A stretch of DNA of 64,000 nt, taken from the sequence record MG655270.1, one strand, 5' to 3'. Under the pieces are notes generated by a model, which saw only the letters and a list, made by a program, of their open reading frames with translations, did no database searches and was not told where the DNA came from. This document shows positions 55,428-64,000 of this stretch, in pieces. Numbering within the stretch: position 1 is the first letter of the stretch; every line of letters starts with the position of its first letter. The translations under genes were made by a program, and so were the position numbers.

Positions 55428-56155
55428 TGGTGGGCGGAGATCGTATTGGGTGTTACGTCCCCCTGGATGCTTTGTTGGATACCCGTATCGGGGTCATTGA
55501 CCAAGTGGCCGGGGAAGTAGGATTGGAGTTGGTTAAGTCATGGTACCATACTCGCACGGCTGATCGCTTTGACCGAAAAGGCACACCGTTAACGCAGGCG
55601 GCATATCAGGCAGCCTGGGCCGCCCGCAGTGAAGAGACCTTAAAGCGTACACGCATGACCTTTGTGCCGATGTACCTGATGAACCTGATCAGTCGCTTTA
55701 ACACCTCACACGGCATGCCGATCATGGCCGCAACCTACAACATCACGGTGAACACGTATCCGTATCGGTTATCCGATGAGCGCAAAGAACAACTGCAGAA
55801 GATCATCGAAACGTACACGTCGGGCATTGCTGAAATCACCATTGACTATATCAGTCCAGCAGACCTGACTGTCGAGTACGTGAAGGCGAACTACTCCGTG
55901 TGCATCATGTATGAGTTTGATGAATGGTTGATGTTGCATAAAGACGAGTTCAGCCAGACCCAGATGCCCGGGACCGTAATCCTGGCACCTAAGTTGTATC
56001 TGGCGGATGTGGGGGAAGATGTGATTAAGCGGGCAGAGCAGACCGATGGCTTTGCAGGCCTGAGCCTGGCACTCTGTGCATTGGTGACAGTGGTGTTCCT
56101 GGATGTAAGGTTGTTCTCTTATGTCACAGACACACCACCGAATCTGGATGAGTGA
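55427..56155 (+). CDS. Conserved core hypothetical protein (HAD-like fold possible)
   Basis: YVPLDALLDTR at N terminus. Confidence 0.65.
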   Translation: MVGGDRIGCYVPLDALLDTRIGVIDQVAGEVGLELVKSWYHTRTADRFDRKGTPLTQAAYQAAWAARSEETLKRTRMTFVPMYLMNLISRFNTSHGMPIMAATYNITVNTYPYRLSDERKEQLQKIIETYTSGIAEITIDYISPADLTVEYVKANYSVCIMYEFDEWLMLHKDEFSQTQMPGTVILAPKLYLADVGEDVIKRAEQTDGFAGLSLALCALVTVVFLDVRLFSYVTDTPPNLDE

Positions 56156-56614
56156 TTACTTCTTTTCGCCGCCTGGGTTCATGATATCATCGTACTCGAT
56201 GTGTTCACTGCCTTGACGGGTCTCACCTGCTTTAAACTCCGGGACCGGTAACTGACTGGCATCCGGGGTTGGAGCAGGGACGGCGGCAATCGAGGTGTCT
56301 GCACCTTCACCACGCAGGGCAAAACCACCGGCAGCCAACACTTGCTTAACTGCACCGATGATAACAGCACCTTGCGCTTCGTCGTTCTCTTGGGCTTTCT
56401 GCTCAAGGTCAAGACGTTGACGGTTAATGATGGATTTGTCGATATCACCCATCGCGGTCAGGGCGATCTTCAACATCTTCGGGTCTTGTCGGGAGGCCTT
56501 GATGGGAGCACCGGACTCAGAGTCCTTCTCATCAAGGATATCTTCGACAATCCCTAACCGTCGCATTTGCATACGACGCATCAAGGCCGCATCGTCTAAT
56601 TCATAATCAGCCAT
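56156..56614 (-). CDS. Hypothetical protein
   Basis: Start reassigned to MADYEL after ggagg. Confidence 0.65.
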   Translation of the reverse strand: MADYELDDAALMRRMQMRRLGIVEDILDEKDSESGAPIKASRQDPKMLKIALTAMGDIDKSIINRQRLDLEQKAQENDEAQGAVIIGAVKQVLAAGGFALRGEGADTSIAAVPAPTPDASQLPVPEFKAGETRQGSEHIEYDDIMNPGGEKK

Positions 56615-56623
56615 GAGGCCTCC

Positions 56624-56654
56624 AGAATAATTCACACCTACATTATCTAGGTGA
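56624..56654 (+). promoter_or_regulatory. Phage promoter motif
   Basis: aga-ataattcaca-CCTACATTAT-ctag-GTGA. Confidence 0.65.
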
Positions 56655-56679
56655 TCGTAGTGTATTAAAAGGAATCGTT

Positions 56680-57210
56680 ATGCGCTTTTTTAAAAAGCTT
56701 GCACTCAAACGATGCATGGCGATGTTGCGTGATGCGAAGCACGATACCTTCACCGCGCAAGAAAGCATGAACGTTCTACATGTGCTTGATACCGTGATTT
56801 CCACGGACGGCATCATAAAATATTTCGATGTTCGGGTTTCGCTCTCCATATTGATGGAAACACAACTCCCCAATGCGATGGCGATGCTGGACTTGATCAC
56901 CGAAATAAACAAACACATTCAAAAGGATTTGGATGCCACGTTACCGGATCACGGGACACTATTTGCTGAGTTTCGTGATCTGCGAGTCTTAAGCTTATAT
57001 GACTGGTTATCTGATAGCGCGGGTCGAGTAGTAGATGCACCACACTTTTACCAACTGTTCATTGATCAGTTGAACCAATTAATTACCGTTATAGTGAACT
57101 GTGAAGACCAGGCAACCCAACAGTATTATCTGCGTAGATTGCAACCACTCTACAACGAATTACTGGGAACAGTGTATGCGGCGTTACACTGCGGAATGCT
57201 GAGTCTCTAA
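56680..57210 (+). CDS. Hypothetical helical protein
   Basis: 176 aa, RBS aagga. Confidence 0.65.
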   Translation: MRFFKKLALKRCMAMLRDAKHDTFTAQESMNVLHVLDTVISTDGIIKYFDVRVSLSILMETQLPNAMAMLDLITEINKHIQKDLDATLPDHGTLFAEFRDLRVLSLYDWLSDSAGRVVDAPHFYQLFIDQLNQLITVIVNCEDQATQQYYLRRLQPLYNELLGTVYAALHCGMLSL

Positions 57211-57221
57211 GGAGTTATCAG

Positions 57222-57686
57222 GTGTCTGACAAGAAAAAACCAAGGGATCAATTGACGGAGATGTTAACCGATCCGACAAAGCGGTCACGGCAGACCGCGC
57301 ATCCGTTGGTGAGGCTCTGGCGACAATTCATGGCACGGGAGCTCATCACTCCTTCCAAATGGGGTGCCTTGATTGCCGAGCACATCACTCGATTGCGACA
57401 ATACAAAGAAATGGATGTCCAGGCTGTTGGTACCGAACGGGGTAATTTAAAGAAAGCGTTTATTGAAAAGAACACCATGTCTTTTTCGGCGTTTCAACGT
57501 GGCTTACGTTTCCTGGGTTTTGCCAAGGTCACGATCATCGTCATTGCAGAGCGACCTAATGGTGAGAAGGTTGAAGAGCGTGTCGAGATTGAATTAATTA
57601 AGCGTATGTTTACAGCAGGAACACCGCCAGCCACACCGCCGACAGAGAAAGATAAACCCGATTCTGATAAACCGCCTGAGAAGTAA
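57222..57686 (+). CDS. Hypothetical protein
   Basis: 154 aa, RBS aaggag. Confidence 0.65.
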   Translation: MSDKKKPRDQLTEMLTDPTKRSRQTAHPLVRLWRQFMARELITPSKWGALIAEHITRLRQYKEMDVQAVGTERGNLKKAFIEKNTMSFSAFQRGLRFLGFAKVTIIVIAERPNGEKVEERVEIELIKRMFTAGTPPATPPTEKDKPDSDKPPEK

Positions 57687-57752
57687 AGACGATACTATAG
57701 AAGATGGGACTTCGGTCCCATCGCTATTCCCTTCTTTTTTTTTTGTTGAGGT

Positions 57753-58829
57753 TTGATCATGGCTGGAGTGGATATTGGGCAATCGATTCAAAACTCGATT
57801 AAGGCAGCAGGTTCAGTAACAACCAACGCCGTGAACAAAGTTCAATCAACTTTTGTCGGAGGCGTGAAAGAAGACCTGGCATTAATCGATGCCAAAGCGA
57901 AGTCAGCGGTACAAACCCTGAACTCGTTTAAAGATACCCAGATTGGTGCGATCGATGGCTTTATCAAGAAAGTCTCCGGGGGTGCACTCAGCATCTCTGA
58001 ACTCTCGAGCATCATCGACGTACGCAATGGCATCAGCATTGACTACCAGCGCCTCTATCGTCGCTTAGGGGACGCGGCGGGTTTCCCGATGGATTCAATC
58101 ATTGGGATGACAGCTGATCTTAAAATGGAAGTGGCGAATCTCCTTGATGCCTATTCCAGCAAGAACTACACCTACCTGCTTAATAAAGCCGGGGTGAAGA
58201 TCGGGGTCAATGACTCAAGCTATCAAGCGGCACAGTTGATTGCTGGCGTGATCAGTAAGATGTCCAAGTCGGACTCTGACTTTAATACCATGGTGGATGA
58301 AGCAGCGCAACTGGCACTATTGAATGTCATGGTGCGTAATGCGGTGCAGGTCGGACTCTGGTCAGGGATTGATACCTTACTGGGTCAGTACACTGATAAA
58401 GCAGCCGGGATCACCAATCTGGCGACCTGTGCCCAGATCTCGATTCGGGGCGGCGATGTCTTTACCACCAAGTACATCATTGACACCGTCGGGATTGCGC
58501 GGGTCACTGCACTGAACACCGATTTCCTGACTGACATGTTACGCTACTTTAAGTTCAAGAGTGATGTGACTGCGGATCAGTACGCGAACTACCTGGCAAC
58601 GTTGACTTACTGCTTACAACAGGCCGAAGCGGATTGGGCATATATGCAGTTCGGGACAGTGCGGGCATTGCGGTTAAAGCCGTTCACCAATGCGTCAACG
58701 GATGCGATCACTCTGTTCCAGCATACTGACGAATACCGTCAGCACGTCATGATTGCCCGGACTTATCCACCCCGTGATCTGATGGATTTACTGAAACAGA
58801 ATTACCCGTACATGGCTGTCGTGCAATAA
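57753..58829 (+). CDS. Putative virion structural protein
   Basis: 358 aa between terminators within the structural region; start may be ATG 57759. Confidence 0.6.
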   Translation: MIMAGVDIGQSIQNSIKAAGSVTTNAVNKVQSTFVGGVKEDLALIDAKAKSAVQTLNSFKDTQIGAIDGFIKKVSGGALSISELSSIIDVRNGISIDYQRLYRRLGDAAGFPMDSIIGMTADLKMEVANLLDAYSSKNYTYLLNKAGVKIGVNDSSYQAAQLIAGVISKMSKSDSDFNTMVDEAAQLALLNVMVRNAVQVGLWSGIDTLLGQYTDKAAGITNLATCAQISIRGGDVFTTKYIIDTVGIARVTALNTDFLTDMLRYFKFKSDVTADQYANYLATLTYCLQQAEADWAYMQFGTVRALRLKPFTNASTDAITLFQHTDEYRQHVMIARTYPPRDLMDLLKQNYPYMAVVQ

Positions 58830-58832
58830 CCA

Positions 58833-58880
58833 ACATAAGGAGAGGGCCAGCGCCCTCTCCTCTATGCCGTCTTTCTTTTT
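58833..58880. terminator. Bidirectional terminator
   Basis: cataa-ggagagggc-cagc-gccctctcc-tc-TATGCCG and a T run. Confidence 0.7.
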
Positions 58881-59596
58881 TATGCCGACCCTATTAGCTC
58901 TAACACTGGGCGCCAATGCATATTGCTAGCGGTATAATTTTTGTTAGTATTACCGCTTTTGGTAACAGCGCTGTACGGTCCAATGTTGTTACTTGTGACG
59001 TTGACTTGTGTTTCCTGACACTGTATAAGTGTCGAGGATACAGCTAAGTTGATCGAAGCCCACTTTTCCCCTGACTCAGTTTGCGCGGCAGTAGTCTCGC
59101 TGGCAATATGGAACATGGTGCGACCCCATTCTGATGTTTTCTCAATCGCATTAGGGGGGTAGGCCAATGGGTCTGCTAAACCACATTTTGGTAATCGTAC
59201 CAGAAACTTATAACCAAGAAAGGTGATGGTCTTATTCTGCGGCACTAATGGCGTTGCTGGGTATGGGTATTTGCCCGGCCCTGCGATGCCATACACCATC
59301 CCTTTGGCATACAGCTGCTCCCAACTACACGAATTTATCATAGTGGCAGTAGGAATGAACAAGATTTTACCATCAACAACAAACTTCGCCCATGTGACGC
59401 CGCTGTTATATACGGTCCCATTGTTAAAACCGGTTAAGGAGCGTAGCGTTGCAGTATCTATAAACTGGCTAGGTGGGATCGTGCCGTAATATCCGGTTTC
59501 ATACCCTGGACTGGGATTGTAATAGTTGAGTAGGGTTGCTGGACCCGGTCCAGTACCCACTAACTTTTTCCCACCAAAAAATAACATTTCTAACAT
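58880..59596 (-). CDS. Virion structural / tail-fibre-associated protein
   Basis: MLEMLF start; GPGP..L, GY.G, W.KF..DGKILF.P, SWEQLY..G.VYG, WRPVLEL. Confidence 0.7.
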   Translation of the reverse strand: MLEMLFFGGKKLVGTGPGPATLLNYYNPSPGYETGYYGTIPPSQFIDTATLRSLTGFNNGTVYNSGVTWAKFVVDGKILFIPTATMINSCSWEQLYAKGMVYGIAGPGKYPYPATPLVPQNKTITFLGYKFLVRLPKCGLADPLAYPPNAIEKTSEWGRTMFHIASETTAAQTESGEKWASINLAVSSTLIQCQETQVNVTSNNIGPYSAVTKSGNTNKNYTASNMHWRPVLELIGSA

Positions 59597-59666
59597 AGCG
59601 TTAACCTTGGTTAAAGACGTTCATAGAATCTACAGGAAGTCTAGGTCATGCACCGAGAATAAGGTG

Positions 59667-59712
59667 AGGGAGTGGCGTTTGCCACTCCCTTCCACCTATG
59701 CTGTTTTTTTTT
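59667..59712. terminator. Hairpin terminator
   Basis: gggagtggc-gttt-gccactccc, then TATGCTG and a T run. Confidence 0.65.
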
Positions 59713-59721
59713 GTTGAAGGA

Positions 59722-61710
59722 TCAGTTGCGGTACGTACCCTCGACAAAGGCGCTGATAGCTTGCCCGACCAGCGAGGACGAGAAGGTTGCAGCCATTTGG
59801 GTTGGGGACACCCACTGTTTCACATCAAGCTGGGTCTTGGCTAACACGCGTGCCAATTTGTCTGAACGGTAGATCTGTTCATTCAATCCCATACCAGACA
59901 GCACCGCCAGGTAGTCGGAGTAGTTGTTGTCATCGGTCATGAGCTTAGCCGCTGCACGGGCCGGGTTGGTTAAGTCACCCGGGTTCAACGCAGGATCGAT
60001 CGGTGCATGCAGCATTGGTGACATATCGGCCACCGAGAACGTCACGTCAATCCCCAAAGGATGTTTGTCTTTGTTCCAGCCCACGTTACCCACACCACGT
60101 TGAATACTCATTGAGTCGATCATCCCTAAACGGGTTTGTGAGCGACCTTTTGAATACGCTTCGACTAAGAACGGTGAGGTATAGGCCTGAGCGCCCACAG
60201 AACGCGGCAGGACCATGTTTAACAAACAAACCAAGGGAATGATCAGGTTCTGGATGCGTGCCACTGGGTGACCGTACGGAGAGCGTAGATTGATGGTGTA
60301 CGTTTCCCGGGGTAGTGACGCAGTCGAGCCTGTCCAGTGTTGTGGGATCTCAATATAACCTTGGCCCAGCATCAGGTTAACAATCCCACCAAGACTGGTG
60401 CCGGATGCATAACCTTGGACTACCTGCATACTGGAGTCAATCAAGGCATCGATCGGTGCAAAGCCAGTCTTACCGCCGCCGGCCATGAAGCGAGCATCCT
60501 GTGCTGCAGTAGACGCGCCGTTCAGTATTCCGGTTAACTGGTTCTCACCAAACGAACTCTGGAAGGATTCTCCGATCGCGCCGTTATGGTTCACCTTGAA
60601 ACCAATAAAGGAACCGCCATCCCGCAACTCCGATTCCATGTGGTCGAGTACACTGTTAAAGAACCCAGTGGATTTCTCCACATCTGTGACCGACGCAGCA
60701 TCACCGGTGGCAGTTGGTGCAGTTACTCCGGTATCGCCATCAGCATCCGTGGTGTAGTTCCCCGCCCCTTCCATCCCGGTACCAGACGGATCTTTCACCT
60801 GACCCAATCCCGAACTGAAGTAGGATTGCAGATACGTGGTCAGATTAGACTCTGGGCTGTCGCCAGCCGGATCGGTCCATTCGTTACCGTGTTTGTTAAT
60901 CGCCCGGATCGCACTGTTACGTTCCGTTACCGAAGAGGACTCGATACGCTGGGCCAGTGCTTTCTGCCAACGAATGTGTTTACGGTTTGCACGGTTAGCA
61001 AGATAGAAAAGGTCAACAGAACCATCAGCACGCCACAAACCAGGCAACATGTTCGCAAGCAGTTTACGCTCGTTCGGTGTGTAAGCAGAGAAGTCAAACG
61101 TTTGTTCCTTAGCCTGAGCATGACGTGTACGGAATGCCGGTGGGATAATCCCCATGTTGATCATGATGGCGTTCAACATATTGGTACAGGATTTCCAATA
61201 GAGCGGCATTGCGTTCTTGGAGTAATAGAACTTGGATTTCGGAATCCCCATCAACCAGGTAACCGTGGTATAGGTGACCGAGATGGCCTGCAGTGGCCAG
61301 TGCACAATCGCTGACGCCGCTTCGGCAAAGTGGAACAGCCAACCCGGAGCACGTCCGGTACGCGCCAGGTAGGCGGCATTGGCATCAAACATGTTGGCCA
61401 GGAAACTGAAGATCCCGTTGAACTCCGGCACCCCCATACGGAAATAGACCACATCGGCATTGTCATCGATGTTAGCACTATAATCCGACCCCATTCCACC
61501 AAACTGATCATTCCACCAACGACTGGCACGAATGTCACAGCTCGGTGACCACTGAGGCGGTGGGTTAATCCAGAAGTTACCACCCGGGGTTGTGTCTGTG
61601 AATTTGTTTCGGGCCTTCTGATATTGCCTACGGTCTTTTAACCCGTCATCAATATTTACACCAGAAAGCATAAATGCCTGTTGTAAATAATCATGGTCTT
61701 TAATGTTCAT
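59722..61710 (-). CDS. Virion structural protein (phiKZ-like baseplate/tail region)
   Basis: 662 aa; TDT.PGGN..INPPPQ, P..W..S...LP, SPFL..AY.KG, LG.ID..SI.RG motifs. Confidence 0.7.
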   Translation of the reverse strand: MNIKDHDYLQQAFMLSGVNIDDGLKDRRQYQKARNKFTDTTPGGNFWINPPPQWSPSCDIRASRWWNDQFGGMGSDYSANIDDNADVVYFRMGVPEFNGIFSFLANMFDANAAYLARTGRAPGWLFHFAEAASAIVHWPLQAISVTYTTVTWLMGIPKSKFYYSKNAMPLYWKSCTNMLNAIMINMGIIPPAFRTRHAQAKEQTFDFSAYTPNERKLLANMLPGLWRADGSVDLFYLANRANRKHIRWQKALAQRIESSSVTERNSAIRAINKHGNEWTDPAGDSPESNLTTYLQSYFSSGLGQVKDPSGTGMEGAGNYTTDADGDTGVTAPTATGDAASVTDVEKSTGFFNSVLDHMESELRDGGSFIGFKVNHNGAIGESFQSSFGENQLTGILNGASTAAQDARFMAGGGKTGFAPIDALIDSSMQVVQGYASGTSLGGIVNLMLGQGYIEIPQHWTGSTASLPRETYTINLRSPYGHPVARIQNLIIPLVCLLNMVLPRSVGAQAYTSPFLVEAYSKGRSQTRLGMIDSMSIQRGVGNVGWNKDKHPLGIDVTFSVADMSPMLHAPIDPALNPGDLTNPARAAAKLMTDDNNYSDYLAVLSGMGLNEQIYRSDKLARVLAKTQLDVKQWVSPTQMAATFSSSLVGQAISAFVEGTYRN

Positions 61711-61772
61711 TCACCAACTCCGAATGATTAAGAATAAGAAGGCAGGGTATGACCCCCGCCTGATGTTACTGA

Positions 61773-64000
61773 CTAGCCATTACCGTACTTGCGAGCAAAG
61801 CTCACCGGTGGTGTACCGGCACCACTGGCAGGTGCTTGCGGTGCCGCCGGTGCAGGTTTGTTCAACATCTGGGTTTGCACCGCAATGAACTGCTTCATGA
61901 TCTCAACCAACGAGTTCATGTTATTGTCGATGTTCGCCAGGTGGTCTTTACTGCCAGAGATCGCCGCAGCAGACTCTTTCGGTAAGACCGGTACGGGTGC
62001 CGGGGCAGGGGCTACTGTCGTGACCTGCGGGGCATTAGGAACCTGCCCTTGGGTCGGTTGCATCCGAGGAGGCGTGTTAAGGGTTGGGGTGGTTGGTGTT
62101 GGTGTAGACGCATCAGCGGCTGCTTGCTTATCGATAGCCGATGCCGTGGAGTCTTTGGCATTCGGTGTCGATGAACCTGCAGAAACGGCTGCTGCTACAC
62201 TTGGTCCGCTTGTTGACTTCAATGCTGGCGCATCGCCCTGGCCCGGAGGTGGTGCTACGGCATTAGCCGCAGACGCACCCGGTGCAGTCAGCTCAGCTGC
62301 CGTCTTCGCACCCGACAATGCCGGAGTAGAAGGTCCGCTCTGTGCTTGACCGGATGCCAAGGTTTGTGCTTGGTTATCTTCAGCTGCATCACCTTGTGGG
62401 CCAGCAGACTGATCTTTACCCGAGAGAATGTCATCAAACTTCCCAGTCCCCATTAGATCCGTATACTGTTTGAACAACTGACCACGTTCAGCTAAACCGT
62501 GTGTCCCGCCGTTGACCAATTTGGTAACAGTATTCAGATCCCCTTTCTTCGCAGCTTCCTCAATCCCATTACGCGACTTCCAATACCACAGTGCTGACTT
62601 CGCAGCCATGGTTGGGTCAGTCGAGAGTTTATCGGGATCGGACACCAGGTCAACGCCAAGGCCTTTACTGGCGGCTGCGTAGTTGGCTTTACCGGTCAGC
62701 TGCATGAAGCCACGTCCACGGTACTTCCAACCATCACCCGGTTTGTCGTTCCCCATACGACCGCCGTAGATCGAGTTGGCAATCGCCACTGGACCCGCTG
62801 TCGCTAACTGCTGCGCAGCTGCCAGGGTGGGGAAGCGGTTAGGCCAGAGCCTCATCAGAGTCTCTGCTTTATAACGCAGGTTCTCTTCGAGTTTGCTAAA
62901 GCCTCCGGACTCCAGGTGAGTCTGGGCCAAGAGCATGGCGAGTTCTTGTTTATCCGTAATGCCGGACTTCATGGCTTCACGAATCAAGATACGCGCACCC
63001 TCTTCAGCACCCGGACCTAACTTAATCGGCCCAACCTTCCCGGTGTTGTCAATCCCCCCGCCTGCACCTGCCGCACCACCTGCCGCACCGCCACCATAGG
63101 CTGTCTCGATACGTCCCGTTTCCGGGTTGTATGTGGTTACCTGACGCTGAGAGGTATAGACTTGACCGGTGCTCGTCTTCACCTGGTTGTTCACCATGTT
63201 ACCGGACGAGTCCTTACGCCAATCTTTCTCAGTAGTGCCATCGGCCCGTTGTTGCACACCGCCTTTTACCGCTTCAGCAGAATACTGCGCTTGTTTGACT
63301 TGTGCCTTCAGGTTATTCAGGTGGTTTTGAACAACAGAGGCATCATCATTAAGTTCACCGGTTGACCACGGCGAGGTCTTAATGGTCCAAACAGAGATCG
63401 CATTCACACCGTCACTGTATTTGGCATTGGTCATCGCTGTCGCTGCAGCGAACTTCAACTCAGGTGGCATCTTCGGTACAGCAAGCGTCGGTCGACTGTC
63501 TCCGGTCTGGGTATAGACCGTGCTGGCAAACGCTAAGTACGCCGGTAAGAAGCGACGAGTAAACCATGGCTCCCATGATTTGTAAGACCACTGGCTGGAT
63601 GGACTCAAGCCAAAGCTTGCAGCAACAACCCGGTAGATGTCTGAGGCTTTACCGTCAAACGTCGCACCATTATCTGCAAACTTGATCTTGTTCGCCATCA
63701 CCAGTTCCAACTGCAGGAGTGTCGACACACGATCAACATCCAACGTTGGCAGGCCATACACTTTCATACGCAGCGCAGTGAGATCATCCATCGGCTGACC
63801 GGCTTTAGGTAGTAAGCCACCTAAGAGATCCCCGGCACTGACCACAGTACGATCACCGGTAAACCACGACGACTCTTTATGTCCAACCGTTTTCAGCTCA
63901 GGGATATCACCATTTGGATTAATGGCTTTGACCATGTCACTGCTGAGTTCACGGCTGGAGGCAACCTTATCCATCCCGGTTGCAAAGACCGACGCTGATT
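61773..64000 (-). CDS. Large tail protein with GH19 lysozyme domain (5'-truncated by window edge)
   Basis: Frame stays open past 63974 to the edge; LAQ.HLES.GF..LEENL.Y, GDGW.YRGRG..QLTGK.NY, VNGG.HGL.ER. Confidence 0.85.
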   Translation of the reverse strand, partial: SASVFATGMDKVASSRELSSDMVKAINPNGDIPELKTVGHKESSWFTGDRTVVSAGDLLGGLLPKAGQPMDDLTALRMKVYGLPTLDVDRVSTLLQLELVMANKIKFADNGATFDGKASDIYRVVAASFGLSPSSQWSYKSWEPWFTRRFLPAYLAFASTVYTQTGDSRPTLAVPKMPPELKFAAATAMTNAKYSDGVNAISVWTIKTSPWSTGELNDDASVVQNHLNNLKAQVKQAQYSAEAVKGGVQQRADGTTEKDWRKDSSGNMVNNQVKTSTGQVYTSQRQVTTYNPETGRIETAYGGGAAGGAAGAGGGIDNTGKVGPIKLGPGAEEGARILIREAMKSGITDKQELAMLLAQTHLESGGFSKLEENLRYKAETLMRLWPNRFPTLAAAQQLATAGPVAIANSIYGGRMGNDKPGDGWKYRGRGFMQLTGKANYAAASKGLGVDLVSDPDKLSTDPTMAAKSALWYWKSRNGIEEAAKKGDLNTVTKLVNGGTHGLAERGQLFKQYTDLMGTGKFDDILSGKDQSAGPQGDAAEDNQAQTLASGQAQSGPSTPALSGAKTAAELTAPGASAANAVAPPPGQGDAPALKSTSGPSVAAAVSAGSSTPNAKDSTASAIDKQAAADASTPTPTTPTLNTPPRMQPTQGQVPNAPQVTTVAPAPAPVPVLPKESAAAISGSKDHLANIDNNMNSLVEIMKQFIAVQTQMLNKPAPAAPQAPASGAGTPPVSFARKYGNG

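Noticed and set aside
55427-56155. Active HAD phosphatase
   Set aside because: The first motif reads PLD rather than DxD, so the nucleophile is missing; only the fold is suggested.
60586-62349. Long plus-strand ORFs (60586-61314, 61789-62349)
   Set aside because: Antisense shadows of the structural genes; their composition mirrors the minus-strand codons.

Overview
A 64 kb gene-dense segment of a phiKZ-like (Chimalliviridae-type) jumbo phage genome. The likely host is an Erwinia/Pantoea-type enterobacterium, inferred from an AmsF/WceF-like depolymerase and a close enterobacterial ygiB homologue. The left two thirds (1-45.5 kb) is mostly plus-strand accessory/early genes. These include nucleotide metabolism (HD hydrolase, nrdB, MazG-like, tdk, a DHFR fusion), Tpt1/KptA, HslU without HslV, an orphan HigA-like HTH, Lar-like and macro-like proteins, many small membrane proteins and glycine-rich/LamG virion appendage genes. 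The right third is phiKZ-type core: RNase H, UvsX/RecA, a virion RNAP beta C-terminal subunit, structural proteins and a 5'-truncated large tail protein with a GH19 lysozyme domain. Nine copies of a phage promoter motif (AGA-N10-CCTAYATTAC-N4-GTGA) and many hairpin+TTATGC(C/T) terminators are visible. No canonical tRNA, rRNA or CRISPR array was found. The best leads are: (1) a free-standing 47-aa ORF, missed by the ORF track, that looks like the redox-active C-terminal tail of RNR alpha; (2) an intron-less HNH element in nrdB flanked by two recoded copies of the nrdB 3' end; (3) a SLOG / DarG-like macro / NADAR-SLOG cluster; (4) an early cluster of Ala/Gly-rich membrane proteins; (5) a tRNA-minihelix-like leader RNA. 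All family assignments come from motif recognition by eye; no database searches were run.
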